A DNA stretch of 32,000 nt, from NCBI GenBank assembly GCA_030149205.1, contig JASBSB010000006.1, positions 180,001 through 212,000 of the forward strand, in the 5' to 3' direction. Position numbers and translations under genes: made by a program. Shown piece by piece: positions 1 through 6,985 of the stretch. The DNA is from Candidatus Heimdallarchaeota archaeon (GTDB taxonomy: Archaea > Asgardarchaeota > Heimdallarchaeia > Heimdallarchaeales > Kariarchaeaceae). Within the stretch, counting starts at the first letter, position 1, and each line of letters starts with the position of its first letter. The notes beneath the pieces were generated by a model that saw nothing but the letters and a program-made list of their open reading frames with translations, did no database searches and was not told the DNA's origin.

Positions 1-225
1 GGAAAACCTACAAAACTAAACACTTTGGAAGCGATAGGGAGCGCACTTTGGATTCTTGGAGAAATGGAAGGTGCTGAGAAGGTATTTCAATCTGAAAAAT
101 ATGGAAAAAACTTCATTGAATTGAACTACGAGAGACTGGAGAGATATGCTAAGGCAAAAAATGCTCAAGAAGTTATTCAAACCCAGGCTGATCTCATGAA
201 AGAGCTTTACTCAGATTTAGCCTGA
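1..225 (+). CDS. tsr3: Tsr3 (DUF367) SSU rRNA aminocarboxypropyltransferase, 3' part only (5'-truncated by window edge)
   Basis: Frame 1 is open from base 1: GKPTKLNTLEAIGSALWILG...KYGKNFIELNYERLERYAKA. This matches the Tsr3 C-terminal pattern GKPxKLsTxEAxaaALxIxG...KWGxxFxELN..LxxY. Confidence 0.82.
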   Translation, partial: GKPTKLNTLEAIGSALWILGEMEGAEKVFQSEKYGKNFIELNYERLERYAKAKNAQEVIQTQADLMKELYSDLA

Positions 226-2429
226 AGGAACACATCATTAATTAGATCATTAATGATATCAAATACGGGTGATCCACTCGTGATAACCTCAGTCTCATTA
301 AAGTAATCAAGAACCTTCAGTATTTTTAGTTTATTCGTAAAATCTTTGAATCTGCGACGTGTGGTGTAGGTATCTGAGGCTGTGACTATTACACAGGTGT
401 AATCATTTCCTATGGGATTTAAAAGTAATACATAACCTTCTTGTTCTATTTTGTTTAAACTACCACTTCCTAAGACCTCTCTGGAGAAAGTTGTTATTGC
501 ACCAAGAAGAGCAGAAACCAAATATTCATCAATTTTTATCTGTGAATTTAATTTTCGAGTAAAAGCTGTTAATCCCGATGACTTCGTTATTAAGATCAAC
601 GCAGGGACCTCATCTTGCTCTCTTGGTTCGTCTGAAGAAGTTGCTTGTTGTAATTGTAAAAGATTTAATAGTCGTATCCCCTCAAAAGCACTTAACTTAG
701 CCAAATTGTTACTTTCGAACCATGACCTAAAGCCATCAATAATACCCTCAGCCTCACTATTAAACTCCATTTCTAAACTTACTGAAACCGATTGGAGTCG
801 TTTATTTATCAGTTGTAACTCTTTTTTCTGTTCTTCTGTGGTTTCCTCTGTTACCAGGGTTTCCGTTACCTCAAGAATGATCTGGTTTGCACCCCTTTCT
901 CGATTTATGCATAAATTTGCGTAAGCCTCAACAATGAAGAATATCATGTTATAATATGGATTTTCTAATTTTAGGATAATGGGTCTTAAGTCGCTTAATA
1001 TTTCAAGAATAAGTTTGATATCCTCTTGAGTTCCATCATTAATGAACAATCTAAAGAGAACCTCAAGATATATGATATTCAACTCTAAGATTTGAGAAAA
1101 TTGATTTTCCTTCTCAGCTACTTCGATACCTTTTTCCACAATCAGTTTTGCGTCACGGAGATTTCCCTTTTTCATAAAAAATACGGAACTTGCATTAATA
1201 AACCATCCAAAGGCATATCGATCGACTATGTTGATTTGATTTACATTCTTAAGTGCAAGCACAAGCTTGTCAAGAGATGAAAAGTTATCAAAGGTGGTTT
1301 CCGCCAATCTCCCTATGAAGATTTCAGCTTCTGGAAAGCTGTTTAATTTGGAATAAAGGTTAGCGAAGTATGCAAAAGTGGCAGGTTCTTTATCATCTGT
1401 AAGTGTAAAGAGGTGTTCTGCCTTTTCTAAAAAGGTTTTTGCGAGTTTTGTGTTGTTACTTTCAAGATAAAGCTTACTTACAAGGAGAGAATAAACTAAT
1501 GACATATTGTAAGTACTCATTTCGTTTAATGTCACAATCACTTGTTCTAATAATTCTCTTCCCTCCTCTCTTCTCCCCTGGACAATTTGACCAACTGCCA
1601 AATTTGCACCTACAGCACCAAATTCTCTCCTGGCCTGAATTAGAGCAAATTGATCAATTGATTCATTCCAAACTTTAAATCCAAGTGATGCTTCGTTTTT
1701 CATCATAAATTGAATGCCCTTCAAGTTGAGATATTGACCATAGTAATAGGGGTCTGAAACACTGTCAATCCAAGAATTCAAAAATTGAATTGTCTCATTA
1801 AATTTTTCAATATCTCCTGAATAAAGAGATTTTATGATAAGGAGTATATAGCCAGGTAATACAAAATTACTCAGTTGATTTTTTGGAATAACTTTCTTGA
1901 ATTGACGAGAATCAGTAAATAATTCGTATTTTCTTATGAATTGATCTGCAAGATCCATATTACGTGAGTAGATCGAATTTAATCCCAATGCATAAATTAT
2001 TTGTAAATATTGCAAAGTTTCAATAAAGGTCAATCCAAAAGATATGTTTTCAGTTAAACTGTCTAATTCCTCATTCAGATCCTCTTTTACTGCATCATAC
2101 TGTGCTTTATAAATCAGAGACATATAATAATAAATTTTAAAATTTCTATTGTCTGTAAACTCCTGAGTTAGCTTCTCTAACATGGAATATTTTCCTTGTA
2201 TGAAGTATAATTTTGCCAAAATGAATGACAAAATCTCAGAACCCTTTGTAGAAACTCGAAACGTGCTTTCCATTGCTTGGGCAAAATCAACATAAAAGTT
2301 ATCAGATTTTGTTACCCTCTCCCAAGATAGAAGAAAACTATCAATTTCAGAGGCGGATAACTCATTAAAATAAAGATTAAGTTCATCTGGAATTGATAGT
2401 TTCCCTAGGTCAGCCGAAGTATACTCCAT
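207..2429 (-). CDS. Large helical/TPR-like repeat protein with C-terminal longin domain
   Basis: 740-aa ORF. Residues ~1-600 are helical with TPR-like patterns (YGQYLNLKGIQF, AVGANLAVGQIVQGRREEGRELLEQ). Residues ~608-736 follow longin order b-b-a-b-b-b-a-a (ALILITK / GLTAFTRKL / DEYLVSALLGAITTFSREVLG / LNKIEQE / YVLLLN / YTCVIVT). Confidence 0.75.
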   Translation of the reverse strand: MEYTSADLGKLSIPDELNLYFNELSASEIDSFLLSWERVTKSDNFYVDFAQAMESTFRVSTKGSEILSFILAKLYFIQGKYSMLEKLTQEFTDNRNFKIYYYMSLIYKAQYDAVKEDLNEELDSLTENISFGLTFIETLQYLQIIYALGLNSIYSRNMDLADQFIRKYELFTDSRQFKKVIPKNQLSNFVLPGYILLIIKSLYSGDIEKFNETIQFLNSWIDSVSDPYYYGQYLNLKGIQFMMKNEASLGFKVWNESIDQFALIQARREFGAVGANLAVGQIVQGRREEGRELLEQVIVTLNEMSTYNMSLVYSLLVSKLYLESNNTKLAKTFLEKAEHLFTLTDDKEPATFAYFANLYSKLNSFPEAEIFIGRLAETTFDNFSSLDKLVLALKNVNQINIVDRYAFGWFINASSVFFMKKGNLRDAKLIVEKGIEVAEKENQFSQILELNIIYLEVLFRLFINDGTQEDIKLILEILSDLRPIILKLENPYYNMIFFIVEAYANLCINRERGANQIILEVTETLVTEETTEEQKKELQLINKRLQSVSVSLEMEFNSEAEGIIDGFRSWFESNNLAKLSAFEGIRLLNLLQLQQATSSDEPREQDEVPALILITKSSGLTAFTRKLNSQIKIDEYLVSALLGAITTFSREVLGSGSLNKIEQEGYVLLLNPIGNDYTCVIVTASDTYTTRRRFKDFTNKLKILKVLDYFNETEVITSGSPVFDIINDLINDVFLQAKSE

Positions 2430-2452
2430 GAGGTAAGTGTTGTTAGCTATCG

Positions 2453-2464
2453 CTTTATATAAAG
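2453..2464 (-). promoter_or_regulatory. Putative archaeal TATA box (palindromic CTTTATATAAAG) for the TPR-longin gene
   Basis: TTTATATA lies about 26 nt upstream of the ATG at 2429, consistent with a leaderless archaeal promoter. Confidence 0.5.
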
Positions 2465-2527
2465 TTTCTAGGGAACTTAAAGAGTAGAAAAATTCAGTTC
2501 TAAGGTTTCTACGTTAGAATTTTTTCA

Positions 2528-3409
2528 TCATCCTCTGTCTATTTTTAAGTCATCTGACAACTTATTTATCCATGATAAAATTTCATTAAAAGTATCTTCT
2601 CGGTTAGTTTCATTAAGATTTTCGTGAAAGTTTTCAGGAATTTCATACACCTTAGATAATTTATTTTTCACATGTTCCGTCAGTAACTTTAGTGAAACAT
2701 CTTTGTTCGCTAAATGATCATCACCAGCAATTACAGCAAAAACTGGAAGATTTATATCAGGGAAATTATTGATCAGCTTTTTTTGAGCTGTAAGTAATTG
2801 ACTGGCCATCTTCATACTTGATTTACTTCCTCTTAATTCGTTATGTTGGTCTCTTTGAAATTGCTCTGTAATTTTCTTATCGTGGGAAAGCATATTTGTA
2901 AAATCATCCATGGGAACCGGTTTTTTAGGCAGGATTTTTGAAACAACACTTGACACTCTTATGATTAATGGGTGAACAGGGATCGCGTTTTGATAATAAG
3001 GAGACGATAAAATTAATCCTTTGGCCCCCAAAGCTTCAATTCTTTCTGGGTACTCCATAATTAGGGAAGTTAATATTAACCCTCCCATTGAGTGACCCAG
3101 AAGGAATAGTGGAGTTTCAGAGTACTGTTTGTGAACATGTTCCAAAAAGTATAGTGAATCATTCAATAGTTGACTATAACTTTCGAAATGAGATAAATAC
3201 TGTTTATGTCCTCTCAGATCATATGATACGGTTAAAAACCCGTGTTTCTTTAAATATAACCCCACATTTCTGTAATCACCAGCATGTGCCATCCCCCCAT
3301 GAATCGCACAAATTACTCCTTTAATATCATCTTTAGGTTTCCAGTAATGAACATCTGTACTAAAATCATTAGAAATTTGAAGTTTTTCTATAGAAGATTC
3401 GTCAAACAT
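2528..3409 (-). CDS. Alpha/beta hydrolase, lysophospholipase / monoacylglycerol lipase-like
   Basis: HGGMAH oxyanion region, DLRGH, nucleophile elbow GHSMGG, Asp in GDDHLA and His in FHENLNE; 293 aa. Confidence 0.88.
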   Translation of the reverse strand: MFDESSIEKLQISNDFSTDVHYWKPKDDIKGVICAIHGGMAHAGDYRNVGLYLKKHGFLTVSYDLRGHKQYLSHFESYSQLLNDSLYFLEHVHKQYSETPLFLLGHSMGGLILTSLIMEYPERIEALGAKGLILSSPYYQNAIPVHPLIIRVSSVVSKILPKKPVPMDDFTNMLSHDKKITEQFQRDQHNELRGSKSSMKMASQLLTAQKKLINNFPDINLPVFAVIAGDDHLANKDVSLKLLTEHVKNKLSKVYEIPENFHENLNETNREDTFNEILSWINKLSDDLKIDRG

Positions 3410-3501
3410 GATTTAACTGAGTTTGAGAAATATTTAAATTTAAATTGAAGTTATTGGATATTTATGGGGATTTAATATAAGAGTTTACTATTTACAGTTT
3501 T

Positions 3502-5328
3502 TTAAATTTGAGCAACACCATATCCATTGTACGGAGTCCATGCTGTAGATGCAGTTTGGTAGGCAAGAGTGTGTAACAACCCTCTTAAAGTGGATGAACC
3601 AGTGTCTGAGAAAGTGCCTACTGGTAAATGACCATATTGACTGATTAATATTGCGATTACTCCTGTTACATGTGGTGTGGCCATAGAGGTACCTGCCCAT
3701 AGAGCATAAGATGAATCTTTAAAGGTTGAAAAGATCATTTCACCTGGTGCAACAACTTCAAGATAAGATTCAGTATTCGAAAAAACTGAGACCTGATCCT
3801 TTATGTTAGAAGAACCAACAGCAATCACCTCAGGATAAGCTCCGGGGTATGAAACAGGTTCAAGTGTTGAAGTATTTCCATCACCATTGTTTCCAGCTGC
3901 TGCAACCAGCGCAACGTTATGAGAATATGCGAACTGAATTGCTGTGTGGAAAGACTGTGGTGGAACCTCACCTTGTGTGTCAAAGGACATTGAGATAATG
4001 TTTGCATCATCTTTTGTCCCTACAACTCCATCAGGCCCTCTTACTGCTGCATATATTGCTTGAGTTGCCCAACTGTATTCACCTTTACCTGTAGTACCAT
4101 CAACCACCTTCATGGAATATAATTTTGCACCAGGGGCAACTCCCACTACACCTTGTCCATTCTTCAAGGCTGCGATTGTACCTGCTACATGAGTCCCATG
4201 ACCACTGACGTCTGTTAATCCAGTTCCAGTGAAATCCTTACTCCAAACTACCTGACCAGCTAAGTCGGGATGTGAAGCATCAATACCACTATCAAGGACG
4301 GCAATATTTACACCAGAGCCAGTTGAGGATGTAAGAGATATCTTATTATGTAAGACTCTTTGAACTCCCCAAGGTGTTTCTGGGTTGAGATTTGCCCATG
4401 ATGGTAATGAATGACCCTTTACTATATCCAAGATTGAACCTACTGATAAGTTTTTCATGGATTTGACGGTAGCTTTAAGATCTTTGAACAGAGTATTCAA
4501 TGATTTCAATGAGTCTATTCTTTGCTTCAGTTCTGACTTTACGGTTTTTAATGTGTCAACAGAAAAGTTAGATTCTTCAGGGTGCTTGAGCAAGTCATTA
4601 ACCCATTTTAACATTGACCGATGCATATCAACCATATTATTTCTAGCATCTTTCAGATCAGAAATTGCAGTTTTCAGATCTTTAATAGCTTGGTGAACTG
4701 TTGTAGAACCATCCCAATTTTTGGCATAATGTAATGCTACACTCCAGTAGGGAACGCTCCAGTAGGGGACACTCCAATAAGGAACGCTCCAATAAGGAAC
4801 ACTCCAGAAAGGAGTACTCTCAAAGGGGACGCTCCAGTAGGGTGAGTTCTCATAGGGGACACTCCAGTAGGGGACACTCCAGTAGGGGACGCTCCAATAG
4901 GGGACGCTCCAGTAGGGGACGCTCCAGTAGGGGACACTCCAGTAGGGTGAGTTCTCATAGGGGACACTCCAATAGGGGACGCTCCAGTAAGGAACACTCC
5001 AGTAGGGTGAGTTCTCATAGGGGACACTCCAATAGGGGACGCTCCAATAAGGAACGCTCCAGTAGGGTGAGTTCTCATAGGGGACACTCCAGTAGGGGAC
5101 ACTCCAGTAAGGAACACTCCAGTAGGGGACGCTCCAGTAAGGAACACTCCAGTAAGGAACACTCCAATAGGGGACGCTCCAGTAAGGAACACTCCAGTAG
5201 GGTGAATTCGAAAACGGAGTTGATGCAAATGCTGAACTCTTAATTCCTGCAGATGAAAAGGATTGAGGGTTATGCTGAGTTGAGTCAGCTACCACAGTTC
5301 CAATTCCTGGGAAAAGAGCACTTAGCAT
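3502..5328 (-). CDS. S8 subtilisin-like serine protease with N-terminal PYWSV pentapeptide-repeat array and helical prodomain (true start probably ATA at 5370)
   Basis: Triad motifs AVLDSGID, GHGTHVAGT and GTSMATPHV; oxyanion AAAGNNG; mature N-terminus-like TPWGVQRV at aa ~318. The GPDG..D.ANIISMS loop resembles archaeal Tk-subtilisin-type enzymes. Repeats span aa 38-197. Confidence 0.93.
   Translation of the reverse strand: MLSALFPGIGTVVADSTQHNPQSFSSAGIKSSAFASTPFSNSPYWSVPYWSVPYWSVPYWSVPYWSVPYWSVPYWSVPYWSVPYENSPYWSVPYWSVPYWSVPYENSPYWSVPYWSVPYWSVPYENSPYWSVPYWSVPYWSVPYWSVPYWSVPYWSVPYENSPYWSVPFESTPFWSVPYWSVPYWSVPYWSVPYWSVALHYAKNWDGSTTVHQAIKDLKTAISDLKDARNNMVDMHRSMLKWVNDLLKHPEESNFSVDTLKTVKSELKQRIDSLKSLNTLFKDLKATVKSMKNLSVGSILDIVKGHSLPSWANLNPETPWGVQRVLHNKISLTSSTGSGVNIAVLDSGIDASHPDLAGQVVWSKDFTGTGLTDVSGHGTHVAGTIAALKNGQGVVGVAPGAKLYSMKVVDGTTGKGEYSWATQAIYAAVRGPDGVVGTKDDANIISMSFDTQGEVPPQSFHTAIQFAYSHNVALVAAAGNNGDGNTSTLEPVSYPGAYPEVIAVGSSNIKDQVSVFSNTESYLEVVAPGEMIFSTFKDSSYALWAGTSMATPHVTGVIAILISQYGHLPVGTFSDTGSSTLRGLLHTLAYQTASTAWTPYNGYGVAQI
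4738..5217 (-). repeat. Coding tandem repeat, 32 x 15 bp (25 PYWSV, 4 PYENS, PFSNS, PFEST, PFWSV)
   Basis: 480 bp with a strict 15-nt period (plus-strand units such as gggacactccagtag and ggaacgctccaataa). Variation among PYWSV units falls at third codon positions of the subtilase frame. Confidence 0.97.
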
Positions 5329-5377
5329 TACTATTGAGATGACAATGGAAAGTATTTGCCTTCTATTTATGGTAATT

Positions 5378-5384
5378 CCTCCTT
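5378..5384 (-). promoter_or_regulatory. Shine-Dalgarno site AAGGAGG for the subtilase gene
   Basis: Minus strand reads TAAGGAGG-AATTACC-ATA, a 7-nt spacer to an in-frame ATA at 5370. Confidence 0.65.
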
Positions 5385-5577
5385 AAAAGTCGTCGATTGA
5401 CAACTAAGATGCAATGTTTAACTATTCTTACTTAATAAACTTTTTGCAGTTATTAATTGAGTAGTTATTTTTCATAAGGAAATAATTATTAAATTTATTT
5501 TTCGAATTGTTTAACATTTTTTATTTTTGCTTGTTTAATGTATTAACAAAAAATGGAGGATAAAATGACAAGAAGCA

Positions 5578-5586
5578 TTTATATAA
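5578..5586 (+). promoter_or_regulatory. Putative TATA box TTTATATAA upstream of GNAT gene
   Basis: About 20 nt upstream of the GTG at 5606. Confidence 0.4.
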
Positions 5587-5605
5587 GCATGCGAAAAAGT
5601 TACAT

Positions 5606-6283
5606 GTGGTTGATGGCAAAAGAAAATCAACAAAAAATTCTCTATCTAATTTTGGATCCAGCCTGAAAATTAAGAGATTAATCAGAAGAGACGTCAGTCC
5701 TAATTTTATAAATAAAAGTTTAGAAAAACACCTTTTCTATCAAATGGAGATGCCCTTTGCAGAAGCACAAGCTAAGAAGAAAGAAATTAAAACAAAAGTC
5801 AGTAGTCATCCAGTAGCTTCTCAAGTTATAATTAAAAAATTGGATCATACTGAAGATAGTGAGACTTTCTGTGAAATGTATAATGAGATATTTCTTGCTG
5901 CTCCAGATCCATCCAGGGATTTAAGTCTTGAAGAGGTCAAATTATTCGATGAGAATTTGACATTCATTGCAAAAATTGGTTCAACTTTTGCAGGATTTGT
6001 CTATTTAAATATAATTACAAGTTTTTCAGACCCTAAGGCAAAGTCTGGTATCATTGCTGGCATTGGAGTCAGACCAAGATATAGGGGAAAAAAAATTGGG
6101 CTCAAGCTCATATATCATGCTATTAAAAGTTTGGAAAAATATTCTGTAGATTATCTTGCATGTGAAGTTTATGAGAAAAATGAACCTTCTATGAAGATGT
6201 TTCTTTCTTTGGGGATGAACATTATAAATAAGATTTATCTTGAAGATGAGAATACCACAAAAAGTAACACAAATACAGGCTAA
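5606..6283 (+). CDS. GNAT family N-acetyltransferase with basic N-terminal extension
   Basis: Acetyl-CoA motif IAGIGVRPRYRGKKIGLKLI and VYEKNEPSMKMFLSLGM; the start codon is uncertain. Confidence 0.85.
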   Translation: MVDGKRKSTKNSLSNFGSSLKIKRLIRRDVSPNFINKSLEKHLFYQMEMPFAEAQAKKKEIKTKVSSHPVASQVIIKKLDHTEDSETFCEMYNEIFLAAPDPSRDLSLEEVKLFDENLTFIAKIGSTFAGFVYLNIITSFSDPKAKSGIIAGIGVRPRYRGKKIGLKLIYHAIKSLEKYSVDYLACEVYEKNEPSMKMFLSLGMNIINKIYLEDENTTKSNTNTG

Positions 6284-6316
6284 AAACAGAACTGTTATTA
6301 AAATAGGTCTAGAATA

Positions 6317-6985
6317 ATGGGTATGGAATTATCTGAATATTTGGGTGGCATCTATCCAAAATTCATATCGGAAGAGGATTTGAAGAAGATTAAAAGGTCA
6401 CCAAGGACATTTTTTAAGGATAAAACACTCCTCAGCTTGGATCTAAGTGGAATACATCTCCCGGTAATCCAAAAAAATTTTTTTGAGAAATTAACAGACC
6501 TTGAAACCCTAATTCTTGCCAATAATGATATTGAATACATTCCTGAAGGATCTTTTCAAAGTTGTGGTAAACTGCAAACGTTGGATATTTCTAACAACCC
6601 AATCTATTCTCTGCATAAAAATGCATTAGTTGGCTTGGAAAATATAAAACATATTAATTTGTCACACACACTTATCTATCAGTTTGACAACAATCAAGAG
6701 TTCCCTGAAAATTTGGAATCTTTAAATTTACGCTCAACCTTAATTAATGACCTTTTAGAAGGTGATAATCTAAGAGATTTTATAGTTAGGGTTCAAAGCA
6801 ATAAAATGAATTTTATGAGAAAGGTACCTGCAAAGCAATATTTTTGGAACACTCTAAAGTTTACCTATCTTGGCTTGGGTTTTCTTCTGGTTAATCCCCT
6901 TCTAGGAGGGGTGAATTTGGGATACCTATCTCTCTCGCTAATCCTATTTGCATTTTTCGTAGGATTGGATTTAAGAGAAATTTAA
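6317..6985 (+). CDS. Leucine-rich-repeat protein (about 5 typical-class LRRs) with C-terminal membrane hairpin
   Basis: Repeats of about 24 aa (LETLILANNDIEYIPEGSF, LQTLDISNNPIYSLHKNAL, IKHINLSHTLIYQF); hydrophobic C-terminus FTYLGLGFLLVNPLLGGVNLGYLSLSLILFAFFVGL; no signal peptide. Confidence 0.85.
   Translation: MGMELSEYLGGIYPKFISEEDLKKIKRSPRTFFKDKTLLSLDLSGIHLPVIQKNFFEKLTDLETLILANNDIEYIPEGSFQSCGKLQTLDISNNPIYSLHKNALVGLENIKHINLSHTLIYQFDNNQEFPENLESLNLRSTLINDLLEGDNLRDFIVRVQSNKMNFMRKVPAKQYFWNTLKFTYLGLGFLLVNPLLGGVNLGYLSLSLILFAFFVGLDLREI

Noticed and set aside
2525-2530. Tandem TGA TGA after the hydrolase (selenocysteine readthrough?)
   Set aside because: The protein is complete at that point, no SECIS-like structure was seen, and tandem stops are common.
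4738-5217. Possible CRISPR array
   Set aside because: Units are 15 bp, contiguous, lack unique spacers and are in frame within a CDS; no cas genes are present.
4734-5243. Alternative-frame ORFs over the repeat (+ strand RGHSS-rich 169 aa; - strand TGVSP-rich 163 aa)
   Set aside because: These are shadows of a stop-free 15-bp repeat. Unit variation is synonymous only in the PYWSV frame, which is continuous with the protease.
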